A stretch of DNA of 64,000 nucleotides from Thermoproteota archaeon (GTDB lineage: Archaea > Thermoproteota > Thermoprotei > Gearchaeales > Gearchaeaceae), in assembly GCA_032249235.1 (NCBI GenBank), contig JAVVGF010000003.1, positions 1 through 64,000 on the forward strand, in the 5' to 3' direction. The position numbers and the translations under genes are program-made. Shown piece by piece: positions 51,247-61,677 of the stretch; position 1 is the stretch's first letter; every line of letters begins with the position of its first letter. Below the pieces are notes generated by a model that ran no database searches, was not told the origin of the DNA, and worked only from the letters and a program-made list of their open reading frames with translations.

Positions 51247-51735
51247 TTAAGAGTTAAATCGAATTATGTTTTTCGCCTCATTTAACATATCTTCTATTTT
51301 CTTAATTGACACAACTACATCATCTATTGAATATTTCTTTTCATGAAATCCCCAAACATGCAAATCATAAGCTACACTCCAACCTTCTAAAATCCAATAA
51401 CCAAGCTTTTTTGATAAAGTTTTACTAGCCTTACCCAGCAAATAAGTATACCATCTTCCTTCTCTCAGAAACTCCTCATACTCATTTGTCTTAAATTTCT
51501 CTGCTAAAGCCTTAACGACCTCCTCAGCTACTTTATACGCTTTTTCAGAAGCTTGAACCGGATCTTTCCTCTGAATATACTGTTTACATTCCTCTAAATA
51601 TCTCTCCGCATATTCTATTCTCTCCTTACTACTTTCGGTTGGATCTTCTCTGCTTAACACGTCTAATAAGACATCATTTATATCTATACCTTTCTCTTTA
51701 AGCTTCTCGATTAATTTCTCATTCACATTCAGCAT
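51247..51735 (-). CDS. PaREP1-family protein
   Basis: DPVQASEKAYKVAEE.VKAL, GRWYTYLL, W..AY.LHVWGFHE. Confidence 0.92.
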   Translation of the reverse strand: MLNVNEKLIEKLKEKGIDINDVLLDVLSREDPTESSKERIEYAERYLEECKQYIQRKDPVQASEKAYKVAEEVVKALAEKFKTNEYEEFLREGRWYTYLLGKASKTLSKKLGYWILEGWSVAYDLHVWGFHEKKYSIDDVVVSIKKIEDMLNEAKNIIRFNS

Positions 51736-52000
51736 TCTCTAAAATTCTCCCTTTTAATAATACACAATGAGCAAATAAATACTTTTAGAAACCATATTGT
51801 GTTATATGATTTATATTATGTTAAGATTTTAGTTTTAAATTTTCGTAGTTCTTCATCATTCATAATTTGGATCTTTGGATTAGAGCCGTTCTCCCACCTA
51901 ATTGTTCTAAGAAGTTTGGAGTGTTTCAATTTAATTGAAATGAGGTCAAGCATGTCCATGGATGGACAAGAGAAAGTCACAAAAATTTTATTCAAGAGTT

Positions 52001-52534
52001 TTAAGACAAGTATTTTAAGAGTTTACTAGCAATGTAGTCATAGCTATTTTCACCCTGAAATCTATCAACAATATTGAAGTTTTTATCTATAATAAAATAT
52101 GTGGGTGTAGCCGTAACACCATACTTATTCATTACTTCCCCGTTTATATCATAAACATGAAGCCAATTCGTATTATATGTTCTTATAAATAAAGCTGTCC
52201 TAGCCACGTCAGTATTCGCGCTTAACATAACTGTTATTACAACAACTCCTTTACTTTGGAAGTCTTGATTTATTTGTTTGATAACACTAACCATATTTCT
52301 ACAATGAGGACACCATTCTACTGCGAACTCTAATAAAATGACTTTTCCTTTATAATCTGAAAGCTTTGCGCTACTTCCTGTCAAGCCATTTGCATCTATT
52401 ATAGGTAACTCAAAGTCGATCGCCTTGCTCGATGATGAAGTGCCTGAGAATCCTTGTAAATTTAAGACAATTATACCTGCAATAAATGCTATTATGACGA
52501 GAGCTATAATTAGATTTCTTTGTTTTTTCTTCAC
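52001..52534 (-). CDS. TlpA-like thiol-disulfide oxidoreductase (membrane-anchored)
   Basis: N-terminal TM, LSDYKGKV, WCPHC, YGVTATPT. Confidence 0.9.
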   Translation of the reverse strand: MKKKQRNLIIALVIIAFIAGIIVLNLQGFSGTSSSSKAIDFELPIIDANGLTGSSAKLSDYKGKVILLEFAVEWCPHCRNMVSVIKQINQDFQSKGVVVITVMLSANTDVARTALFIRTYNTNWLHVYDINGEVMNKYGVTATPTYFIIDKNFNIVDRFQGENSYDYIASKLLKYLS

Positions 52535-53006
52535 AATTTTAATATAAATGAGCTTTATTTAAGCATGTTAAAAATACAAAGATTGCCTATCGAGATGAGG
52601 CTAAGTAAAATCTTTTCATCATAATTTAGGAATCTTCAATTTCAACATTGAAAGATTCCTCTGCAACCTTTCTAACAGTTCTAAAGTGGCGCTTAAATAT
52701 AACATCCTTAAACCTAAGCATAGATTCTCTTTGAATTTTGAAAAGTCTTCTTAGCATTCAGACTTCTTTACATGGTTCTTTTATAAATCAATCCATTTTT
52801 AATTATTTCAAAATGTCTTAAATGATCGTTTATCATATAATAAAATTCAATATTTTTCTTTAATAATCCTAAAAAAGCTTTTTTATCGCACTTCTTATAT
52901 AAAATTAACAAACAAATATTAAGAAATTTTATAAATATCTTAGAAATAAGCTTTTAAATAACTCTATTCATTATTAATTAAGTCTTTATAACCTTAGCAC
53001 ATATTA

Positions 53007-53503
53007 TTTGAAAAAGAGGAAGAAGTAGTTAATGCTTTTTGCCAAGTTTTTAAAGATGAATTGGTAGCCTTGGTTCTCTATGGTTCTTATGCTAGGGGAG
53101 AATAGAAAAAATCCAGCGATATTGATTTGTTGGTTGTTCTTAAGAAAATTGATGACAGATACGAGGTATTCAAAAATTTATTCAAGTTGAAAAAATACTG
53201 GAACAAAGTTTTTATAAAAAGTTAAGAGAGAAGGGATTTGATCCTTACATTTCTCCTGTTTTTTTAGATGTGGAAAACGCAACAAGATTTAGACCATTGT
53301 ATATAGATATAGTCTTCGATGCCAAGATACTCTATGATAAAGACGATATTATGAAATATGATAAAGACGATATTATGAAAAATACCATTGAAAAAGTGAA
53401 GAAAAGATTAGAAGAATTAGGTGCAAAGAGGATCAAACGGGGAAGCACGTATTATGTTATAATAAATAACTTCCAACCCGGTCAGATCATAAAATATGAA
53501 TAG
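53007..53503 (+). pseudogene. Minimal nucleotidyltransferase (MNT) pseudogene
   Basis: LYGSYARGE*KKSSDIDLLVV with TAG at 53103-53105, a frameshift near 53175 and an internal 24-bp duplication; start approximate. Confidence 0.82.
53333..53380 (+). repeat. Perfect 24-bp tandem duplication
   Basis: TATGATAAAGACGATATTATGAAA x2 (YDKDDIMK x2). Confidence 0.95.
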
Positions 53504-53921
53504 CTTAGAAATTGCTGAAGCTTATTTAAAGGAAGCAAAAATTAGAAAAAATATGCTGAATTAAGTCTTAATGAAGATAAAGATTATGCATTTTGTATAA
53601 GAATTTGCCAAGAAGCAGTTGAACTTTCTATTAAGGCTTGTTCAAGACTCGAGGTATAGAATATCCAAAAACTCATGATCCTGGAAGGATTTGATAGAAT
53701 ACATAGATCGATTACCTACATGATTTAGAAATGAAGCAAATATCATTGCAGATATTTCTAGATGGCTTAGAGAGGGAACCTTCATTATATGGTGATGAAA
53801 GGGAAGGAATACCGCCTACACTATTATACAGAGAGTTATTGCAAGAAAAGCATTAGAAGCTGCAAAGCATGTATATAGCGTTGCTGAAAAATTTCTAAAT
53901 GAAACGAAAGAGCGTATATAA
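53496..53921 (+). pseudogene. HEPN-domain pseudogene
   Basis: Fragments in shifting frames: MNSLEIAEAYLKEA, QEAVELSIKA, YPKTHDPG, REPSLYGDE; several frameshifts and stops. Confidence 0.8.
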
Positions 53922-54067
53922 CTTTATTATGATAAAGTTTCTTACTTAAAATATAAAAATATTTATTTTTAATAAAATAAAAATTTTACTTAAATTTTGC
54001 TATAAATAAAAATTTTCCAAAATTTTTATAAACAATTTTGTTTATATGATATTTCATATACAAAAAT

Positions 54068-55364
54068 TTAAAGTATATTTAAAAATACGAAGATTACAAT
54101 CACATTGACTAAAGTCACTATCCAACCTATTTTGAAAAAATCCAGAAAGCTCAGCTTATATCCTTCTATTTTCAGCGCTTTCCAGAATTATTAAATTGCT
54201 GGCTGCACCTATTATTGTTAAATTACCTGCAAGCGTACTTCCTGCAGCTAATGCTATCCATGCGCTAACATCTGTAGAGGTATAACCAACTTCTTTAAGA
54301 ATCGGTAAATAAATGGTCACAAATGGTACATTACTCAAAACTTGACTTAGCAATACGCTTGCAATTAATATATGAGATATCGATGCGCTATCTTTAGGGT
54401 TCAAAGCAGGTAAAAAATTGCTCAAAAAAGATATTATTCCTGCTTTTGATAATGCTTGCATTAAAACAAAAAGCGCTGCAAAAAGTACAAGAATACTCAA
54501 ATCAAGCCTAGTTAATATTTCTCTTCTTCTATTGGAAAAAGCCAAAAGAATTATCGCTCCAACTAATGATATCTCTGCGATACTAAATTCAAAGTTATAT
54601 CCGAGTAATTCAAAGACGTTCATTGTTAAAATTGCTAAGATAGTTATTGTTAATATAATAAATGAAATCTTTGCTAAATTTTCATCTTTATATTTATATA
54701 TTTTTTTATCAAATTCAAACGTTTCTTTGAAATTTATTTTTGAAATTGATATCTCTTTAGAAAAATATCTTGAAAGTATCAAATAAGTTATAAATATATT
54801 TATTAAGGTAGGAGCCGTCAAATAATAAAGAAAATAAACAAAAGGAGCCCTCATATTACTTTCTAAGGCTATGAGTAAATTTTGTGGATTGCCTATAGGT
54901 GTCATTACGCTTCCAATTGTGACAGAAAAAGCAAGCGTTATCAACACAGGCTGGGGAGATATTTTCATCCTTTTTGCTAATTCTAGCATTAATGGCGTCC
55001 CTATCAATGCTAATGTATCATTCATTAATATTGCCGATAGTAAGCCTATACCTAATAGAATCATTAACAAAACCATCTTCGCATTTCTTGCTTTGCTCAA
55101 TAAATATATTGCAAAAATTTCTATAGCACCTGAGATTTCAAGACTTGCGGCGAATACTAACATGCTGAATAAGAAAACAATAACGCGAAGATTGATAGAT
55201 GAATATGCTTCTTCAACACTTATTATTCCAGAAAGAACCATTAATACCGCACCAATGCTCATGATTAACCAAATAGGGAAACCGCTTTTCTTTAGATTGC
55301 TAGCAATTATTGCAGAGTAAGTCGCTACGAATATTAATAGCGCTAGGAAGAAATCTGTTTGCAT
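54068..55364 (-). CDS. ArsB/NhaD/CitMHS-superfamily (IT) transporter with a C-terminal frameshift
   Basis: NDT, TPIGNPQN, SNVP, GSTLAGNLTIIGAASN; ORF stops at 54156 but GYKLSFLDFFKIGW...NIL* continues in another frame to 54068. Confidence 0.8.
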
Positions 55365-55390
55365 TAATCTAATTTAAATAAAAAAATTGC

Positions 55391-55921
55391 TTAAATAGGT
55401 TCTGCAGGTACTTGAGGAGGTTGATATTGCTCAGGTAAAGAGAAGAATGCAATTATCAGAAATATCGCGCCTATGAAGAATAGGATAAGAGTAACAATTG
55501 CTCCTATTATAGTTAAAGCAAGGATTGCTCCTATGAAAAATAACAAACCTGCTGTCTTGAAATATCCTACATTTAAAGTATCTCCTGTTTCATCTAAGCT
55601 CCTTTTAAAGAACCACATGCCAATTATTAATAATACAGCAGCTATAACAACTAGGATCAAGGAAAAAAGCGTAGCAAATATATCAAAAGTGAAAAAAGCA
55701 CCTACCAAAGAGAATATAGAGAAGGATAGTATTGCTAAGCCGATTATTCCCATAATAATAGCATAGAGGGCATTATTGAATATGCTGGGTTTTTTGGTAT
55801 CGTCAGATATGAACTTGAGAGCTATTAGTATAAGTATGAATCCAACTATATCTGTGTAAGGGAAAATCAAGAGTATTGAACCGATTCCTCCTAAAAGCTT
55901 CGCATCCTTTACGCCAGCCAT
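55391..55921 (-). CDS. DUF996 family membrane protein
   Basis: AKLLGGIGSIL, FKTAGLLFFIGA, IAFFSLP. Confidence 0.85.
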   Translation of the reverse strand: MAGVKDAKLLGGIGSILLIFPYTDIVGFILILIALKFISDDTKKPSIFNNALYAIIMGIIGLAILSFSIFSLVGAFFTFDIFATLFSLILVVIAAVLLIIGMWFFKRSLDETGDTLNVGYFKTAGLLFFIGAILALTIIGAIVTLILFFIGAIFLIIAFFSLPEQYQPPQVPAEPI

Positions 55922-56085
55922 ATTCGCTCTATTACTTATAAATATATAAAGTTTACTTTTTTCTAAATCTAACTCTATTTAAAATGGATAACTTTTAAAG
56001 AGGAACCATGGATAAATATAAGGTCTAAATCGGATTAGTAAACTTTAATTTATAATGTAAAGCTGATTTATTTAAAAAAATTAAA

Positions 56086-57531
56086 TTAAGTATGGAGATA
56101 TGAAGCCATCACGAAATATATTATGAATATTACTGTAACAATTAATGTGGCTATGTTTATATCCCTGAATCTTCTTGCCAGTAGTTTTATAATTGTATAA
56201 GTTATGAAAGCTAATCCTATTCCATCAGCAATACTCCCTGTCAAAGGTATTCCTATTATTGCTATGAATGCAGGTATGGCTTCGGTTAGGTCTTCAAAGT
56301 CTACTCTTCTAATTAAGGAAATGAACATCAGGCCAACAAGAATTAACACGGGCGCTGTAGCGAAAGCAGGTATCGCCGTAACAAGTGGTGCAAGAGGTAA
56401 AGATAATAAGAATAATAAACCTACCACTATGGCTGTCAATCCTGTCCTACCTCCTGCCTCGACTCCTGAAGCTGACTCAATATAAACAACTGTTGTTGTC
56501 GTACCTGCTAGGGCTCCAACTACAGTAGCTGCTGCATCAGTATATAATGCTTTATCTATATTATGTGGTCTACCTTTTTCATCTACGAGCCCAGCTTTAG
56601 CTGTGATTCCTGTAATAGAACCTAAAGCATCGAAAAACTCTACGAAGAATAAAGTGAATGCTATAGGAAAAGATAGTGCTATAAGCTCAATGTAAAACCT
56701 TAAATTATTTGGAAAATTGGGAATTAAAGAAGTGGTGAATGCGGGAGTTTGAAAGATCTGAGTTGGCACTGGCGTGATACCTAAGATCATGCCTAATGCT
56801 GTTAAAACAATTATTGTCAATAAAAAAGCTGGCGGGAATTTCTTAACATAAAGATAAGCTGCTAAAAAGAATCCTCCTAAAGCAAGTAGTGTGCTTGGAG
56901 TAACAAAAGCTTTAAAATTAAATTGCAAGAGGGGTGTCTCAGGTAATGAGCTTATCAGTCCGCTATTTGCAAGGCCTATTAACGTAATGAATATTCCAAT
57001 TCCAACGCTTATTCCATATGCTAAGCTTGGAGATATTGAACGCAATATTGCTTCTCTTATACCACTCCATGAAGCGAATAAGAAAATTAAACCGTCTACG
57101 AAAACACAGAAGAGAGCAACGAATAAGGCTATTGTAGCGGCATCTACTCCTTTTATTCCTAAGGTTAAAAGTGTTGATGTGAATGCCGGAATCACAGTAA
57201 AAGCTATGAAACTATTTTCTCCCATTCCAGGAGCTAGACCTAGAGGTAATCTTGCAAGCAAACCCATCAATATTGAACCGAATGCAGCTGCTATCATCGT
57301 AGCTGTAGCAATTCCTATTTTTACACTATTTACTAGCGCAATTTGATCAGGGGTTAAATTCTGAGTACCTAAAGCATTTTTTAATGCAATTTCGAAACCT
57401 GCACCTACAATGATAGGATTTACAAAAATTATATATGCCATTGTCAGAAAAGTCGTTATGCCTGCTACTGTTTCAACTCTTGTATTAACTTTTACTTTTT
57501 CTTCAAGACCTGTTTTACCAATCGCTCCCAT
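56086..57531 (-). CDS. NCS2/AzgA-family purine permease
   Basis: AGITTFLTMAYII.VNP, LAPGMG.N, YIESASGVEAGGRTGLT, SIADGI. Confidence 0.92.
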   Translation of the reverse strand: MGAIGKTGLEEKVKVNTRVETVAGITTFLTMAYIIFVNPIIVGAGFEIALKNALGTQNLTPDQIALVNSVKIGIATATMIAAAFGSILMGLLARLPLGLAPGMGENSFIAFTVIPAFTSTLLTLGIKGVDAATIALFVALFCVFVDGLIFLFASWSGIREAILRSISPSLAYGISVGIGIFITLIGLANSGLISSLPETPLLQFNFKAFVTPSTLLALGGFFLAAYLYVKKFPPAFLLTIIVLTALGMILGITPVPTQIFQTPAFTTSLIPNFPNNLRFYIELIALSFPIAFTLFFVEFFDALGSITGITAKAGLVDEKGRPHNIDKALYTDAAATVVGALAGTTTTVVYIESASGVEAGGRTGLTAIVVGLLFLLSLPLAPLVTAIPAFATAPVLILVGLMFISLIRRVDFEDLTEAIPAFIAIIGIPLTGSIADGIGLAFITYTIIKLLARRFRDINIATLIVTVIFIIYFVMASYLHT

Positions 57532-57597
57532 TTGAGATAAAGAAAAAAGATAGGTATATATAGGTGTTTACCTTTATTTCGACTAGAAATTAAAAAA

Positions 57598-58014
57598 TTA
57601 AAATAGTATATTTAGGAAATAATATCCTAAAATTATTATTAAACCATAAACTAATAAACTTAGGGTTTGTAATACTATGCCTTTTCTAGTAGGAAATTTT
57701 ATTAATGCTAAAAAAAGAGATGTTGCATAAACTCCTACAATTGGAGTAAATATAATTATTGCAAAATCCAATCCTCTTTTAGCTTTACTTTTTAAATACT
57801 CTCCTCTTTTTATAAAGAATTTTACTACTCTATTTTCTTTTTTATAAATTTTTTCAAACAATTTAAAGATTGGATAAGCAGGAATTATATTTATAATTAA
57901 TATTAGAAATAGTGCAAATACAGGATTAAAGCCCATTGCTAGGGCTAGAGGTAGCGCAACTATTAATTCTCCTGTCAAGGTTATTATTATAACGAGTATT
58001 ATTTCAGCAAGCAT
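57598..58014 (-). CDS. Small multidrug export-like membrane protein (COG2426-like)
   Basis: GEL..ALPLA...G, TP..GVY; four hydrophobic segments. Confidence 0.65.
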   Translation of the reverse strand: MLAEIILVIIITLTGELIVALPLALAMGFNPVFALFLILIINIIPAYPIFKLFEKIYKKENRVVKFFIKRGEYLKSKAKRGLDFAIIIFTPIVGVYATSLFLALIKFPTRKGIVLQTLSLLVYGLIIILGYYFLNILF

Positions 58015-58018
58015 ACTT

Positions 58019-58831
58019 TCATTTATTTTTTGCTTGTTCAATTAATATCTTCAGTACACTTTTACCGATTTTATAACCAGTAAATTTTCCTTCGAAATTA
58101 TTCATTTCAACCCATGTTTTTAAATCCTTATATCCTAGTTTTCTGAGCGCATCTTCTATTTCTAATTTGTAATCATCAATGTCAACCATTTCTTCTTCAA
58201 TGAAAGTAGCAATCCAAATATTCATGATTCTTTCTAATTCTTTTATAGGATCAGGATGATCATCAACACGTAAATCGAAATATTTTCCAACGATTAAAGG
58301 GTCAAATTCTTTTTCGCTCTCATCAACTTTCTTAGCTATTATGATAGCAGCGCTTTGCTTACCTCTTATATCTCCTCCTTTTTGTTCTCCTGCTTTCAAA
58401 GCTCTTATGATTTTCTCATATATTTTTCCTCTTCCTTCAGCTTCTTTAGCCATTGCTTCTATTACTTCTTTACCTGCAAGGATATTTCCCTGAACGGAAT
58501 AATAATTTCCTATGATATGACCCGCATAAGGATAACATTCTTTGCCTGTAAATGCGGCTACATTACCTTTCGAATCTACTATTCCTACCTGTCTTTTCTC
58601 TTTAAAGGCATCATTGCTTATTAATATCTTTAAAGTTTCTTCTGCGTTGTATCTAGTTAATAAATCTAAACCTTTTGTTCCGTATTCGAGATTAGCTAGA
58701 GATTGCGTAGCTATTGCTCCAACTTTTGCTTTAACCCAAGGAACAAAAGCGCCTACTGCTAAAAATTTACTCGCAACGCCTACGCCCCATGCTTCTTCAT
58801 TTGGATCATAAATAACTATGGAAAATGTCAT
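58019..58831 (-). CDS. DUF1028 family (Ntn-hydrolase-like) protein
   Basis: MTFSIV, GVGVASKFLAVGA.VP, ATQS, QGNIL, GGDIRGKQSAA, DLRVDDH. Confidence 0.92.
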   Translation of the reverse strand: MTFSIVIYDPNEEAWGVGVASKFLAVGAFVPWVKAKVGAIATQSLANLEYGTKGLDLLTRYNAEETLKILISNDAFKEKRQVGIVDSKGNVAAFTGKECYPYAGHIIGNYYSVQGNILAGKEVIEAMAKEAEGRGKIYEKIIRALKAGEQKGGDIRGKQSAAIIIAKKVDESEKEFDPLIVGKYFDLRVDDHPDPIKELERIMNIWIATFIEEEMVDIDDYKLEIEDALRKLGYKDLKTWVEMNNFEGKFTGYKIGKSVLKILIEQAKNK

Positions 58832-59566
58832 AAGAAGAAATAGATTAAGGAAATTAATTATTTAATGAAAATTCTATTATCGCAATAATGATTTGACATG
58901 GATAAAGAAAGCTTTAGGAAGCCTTATTTAATTAATCAACTAATCTGAATATGTATACGTTTTCTTTGTCAGCATAGCTCTTATTCCTTCTATCGCACTG
59001 TTCCATAATTGGGGTGTGAAACATTAAGCGCGCTGTCGCTTTATTCCATTTTATTATTCTTCATCATACTAAACATAATTATAGTATCATATTTCAAAGT
59101 TATAATTTTGTTTTAATTGACTATCTAAAAATTTTATTATAAATTGTCTAAATCTTTATATAAATAAATATTTTAAAAAGGATTAGCTAATATATTATAT
59201 TTTTACGATATATTTTAAGGATTTTATATATAAAAATCAAATAGATAAATAATTAATAAAGTTTCTCTTTGGATCGGAAGTTCATTGTCTATGAAGAGTC
59301 TCTTAAGATTTTTAATTTAGCAACGACTTCCTTAATTACCTCAACGGAAGCTTCCTCTTTTATCGTTGAAAGGTGAGACAAATTGATCTTATAGTAGAAT
59401 GCGAGTAAAAAGCTATAATGTATTGAACTCTAGCTTCTCAGAAGATTGATAAATGTTCAATCTGACAAGGCAATAAGTGAAGCTTTTATTGTTAAAACTA
59501 ACTTTATGAACGCTTAGTTTTTTTAGGATAACGATAAAAAGCTCATTAAAATTAATAATCTTAGTA

Positions 59567-59971
59567 ATGTTAAACGAAAAAGAATTTATTAGATGGATTA
59601 AAACTGCTAAACATACTCTCGAAAGCGCTAAATTGGATAAGGATAATGGTTATTATAACTGGGCATGTTTTAAGGCTCAACAAGCAGCAGAACTTGCAAC
59701 TAAGGCATACTTTTATGGAATAGGGGAACCTAAAATAGGCCATTCAATAGCTTATTTGTTGCAATCAATGCCTAATGTACATATTGACTTGATAAATAAG
59801 GCTAAATTTTTAGATAAAATGTATATTCCAACCCGATATCCAAATTCTTGGCATTCTGGAACCCCAGATTTCTATTATACTTTAAATGAAGCTGAACAAG
59901 CTATCAATTATGCGAAGGAAATAATTGATTTTGTTGAGGAAGCATGGAAGAAATTATCAAAAAACGTATAG
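59567..59971 (+). CDS. HEPN-domain protein
   Basis: WACFKAQQAAE...KA, GHS, LDKMYIPTRYP. Confidence 0.92.
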   Translation: MLNEKEFIRWIKTAKHTLESAKLDKDNGYYNWACFKAQQAAELATKAYFYGIGEPKIGHSIAYLLQSMPNVHIDLINKAKFLDKMYIPTRYPNSWHSGTPDFYYTLNEAEQAINYAKEIIDFVEEAWKKLSKNV

Positions 59972-60321
59972 AAAAAAGAAACAAAATCATTAACGAGGCA
60001 AAGAAATTTGTATTTTCATTAAAAGGAAAGTATACCGCCTTTTTAATAGGTTCATATGCAAGGGGAGATTTCAATACCGGAAGCGATGTGGACATCCTTT
60101 TAATTGGAGATTTCATGGATGAAAATCCTCTAAAAAGGCTTTTAAATTTAGATTTCCCTGCAGGCTATGAAGTCATTGCTTTAACAGAGCAAGAGTTTTG
60201 GATTGCTTTGGAAAATAATGATCCAATAATATGGGACGTACTTGCCAAATGCATAGTCTTAAGAGATGATTATGGTTTAACAAAGAAGATAAATATAAAA
60301 AACAAAAGAGACTTAAAATAA
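59944..60321 (+). CDS. Minimal nucleotidyltransferase (MNT), HEPN partner
   Basis: GSYARGDF...SDVDILL; overlaps the HEPN gene. Confidence 0.92.
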   Translation: MEEIIKKRIEKRNKIINEAKKFVFSLKGKYTAFLIGSYARGDFNTGSDVDILLIGDFMDENPLKRLLNLDFPAGYEVIALTEQEFWIALENNDPIIWDVLAKCIVLRDDYGLTKKINIKNKRDLK

Positions 60322-60381
60322 ATTCAATTTCATTTGGCTTTAGATTCAATATTTATTAACTAAATTTAGTTCTTTTATTAC

Positions 60382-60730
60382 AAATGAAAAACTTGCCCTT
60401 CAGGGCTGGAATGAAAATACTTAAATATTTATTTTATAAATTTCTCTTAGGAAGTTCAGTAAAGCTCCTCCTAAGCTTGATAGAGGGTTTATGGGACTTA
60501 GGAAGGAGCATTCAGCATCTCTTTTTAATGAAGAATTCTTATTAGAATCCAGATATAGGGCTGGCTGCCCTTTTAATGAAGGTTTCTTTTATTTAAACCA
60601 GATAATATGGGAAAAGCTTGACCCCTCTAGTGTCCAGCAAATGCGAGATGTAGCTCCGAATCAATGCTGGAAACCAATGAGCTTCTCTAGAAGTAGAACC
60701 CTCAACCTTCTAGAGCAGTGAGGAGGTCAG
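60382..60730 (+). mobile_element. Non-autonomous IS200/IS605 (IS1341-type) derivative with tnpB 3' end / omega-RNA-like region
   Basis: TTAC immediately 5'; left-end hairpin GCCC-TTCA-GGGC (60395-60406); 3' part encodes a TnpB-tail-like QMRDVAPNQCWKPM..TL; ends GAGGAGGTCAG; removing it restores TAG TAA stops of PaREP1. Confidence 0.78.
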
Positions 60731-61194
60731 TAGAGTGTTTTCTTAGCCTCTTCGAGCATCTTCCTAACTTTACTTATATAGCCTTCTATTCTGTTAATGG
60801 GCAATTTACCTTCATGAAATCCCCAAACATGTAATATGTATGCAGAACTCCAACCATCAATTACCCAGTCACCCAGCTTGGTTGACAACACCTCACTTGC
60901 GCTTACAAGCAAATAAGTATACCACCTACCTTCTCTAATTGCTTGTTGATATTCTTGCAAATTAAACTTCTCAGATAAAGCCTTAATTACCTCTTCAGCT
61001 ACCTTATAAACCTTTTCGGAAGCCTGAACAACATCACCTTTTTTTACATATTCTTCTGCCTCACTCATGTACTTCTCTGCTAAAGAAACTCTCAGTTTAA
61101 TACCCTCTTGGGGGTCTTCCTTTGCTAAAGCGTTGATGAGCAAATCCTCAACATTTATCCCTTTCTCCTCCAGTCTTTTAATAAGCTCCTCCAC
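60727..61194 (-). CDS. PaREP1-family protein (second copy)
   Basis: GDVVQASEKVYKVAEE.IKAL, GRWYTYLL, W..AY.LHVWGFHE. Confidence 0.92.
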   Translation of the reverse strand: MEELIKRLEEKGINVEDLLINALAKEDPQEGIKLRVSLAEKYMSEAEEYVKKGDVVQASEKVYKVAEEVIKALSEKFNLQEYQQAIREGRWYTYLLVSASEVLSTKLGDWVIDGWSSAYILHVWGFHEGKLPINRIEGYISKVRKMLEEAKKTLY

Positions 61195-61297
61195 AACACA
61201 AATTACTGTTTGCCCGTTTTTATATTTGTTGTTAAATTATTAACAGTAAATTCCGTAAATACTAGCTATTTAGATTATTATCTCGGCTTTGCTTTGT

Positions 61298-61652
61298 AGG
61301 GTTGTTCAATTTTTATCAGAGCTTACATAAAGCTTTCTTTCAATTCGACGAATGATCTTGAGTTTTAATTAACTCGATAAGCTTAACATCTGAGATAATT
61401 CAAAAACCCACAAAGCAGTTAAATGAATATTAATAGTAATCAATGCATTAATGGAGAAGCAAAATCTGGAGCTTCAGAGGAGGGTCTTTCTCCTTCTCCA
61501 AAGCTCTTTAATGAGCTTATGAAGGGAAGGAATGGGTTCATCCTGACAGGGGAAGAGGCTTATGAGAGCTTCAATGAACTCGAGAGAAGCTCTAGGCCGT
61601 TGAATCCCAAGTATTATGTAAGTCGATTTAAGACTACATAGCTTAGAACCCC
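61298..61652 (+). mobile_element. Probable non-autonomous IS607-like relic with TnpB 3'/omega-RNA-like segment
   Basis: Begins AGGGTTGTTCAAT, ends CTTAGAACCCC; (C/T)TACATA boxes near both ends; purine-rich segment GAGCTTATGAAGGGAAGG...GAATCCCAAG resembles archaeal tnpB 3' ends as recalled; boundaries inferred. Confidence 0.45.
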
Positions 61653-61677
61653 TAAAAGACTAGGCTTTCTGTTATAT

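Noticed and set aside
51799-52029. 76-aa plus-strand ORF (and a 47-aa minus-strand ORF)
   Set aside because: No recognisable motifs; cannot be supported as genes.
58832-59566. Intergenic stretch with short peptide-like frames
   Set aside because: Probably decayed coding sequence, but no family could be recognised.
60491-60721. 76-aa ORF as a protein-coding gene
   Set aside because: Lies within the mini-IS; only its end resembles a TnpB tail. The ORF at 61423-61641 is rejected for the same reason.
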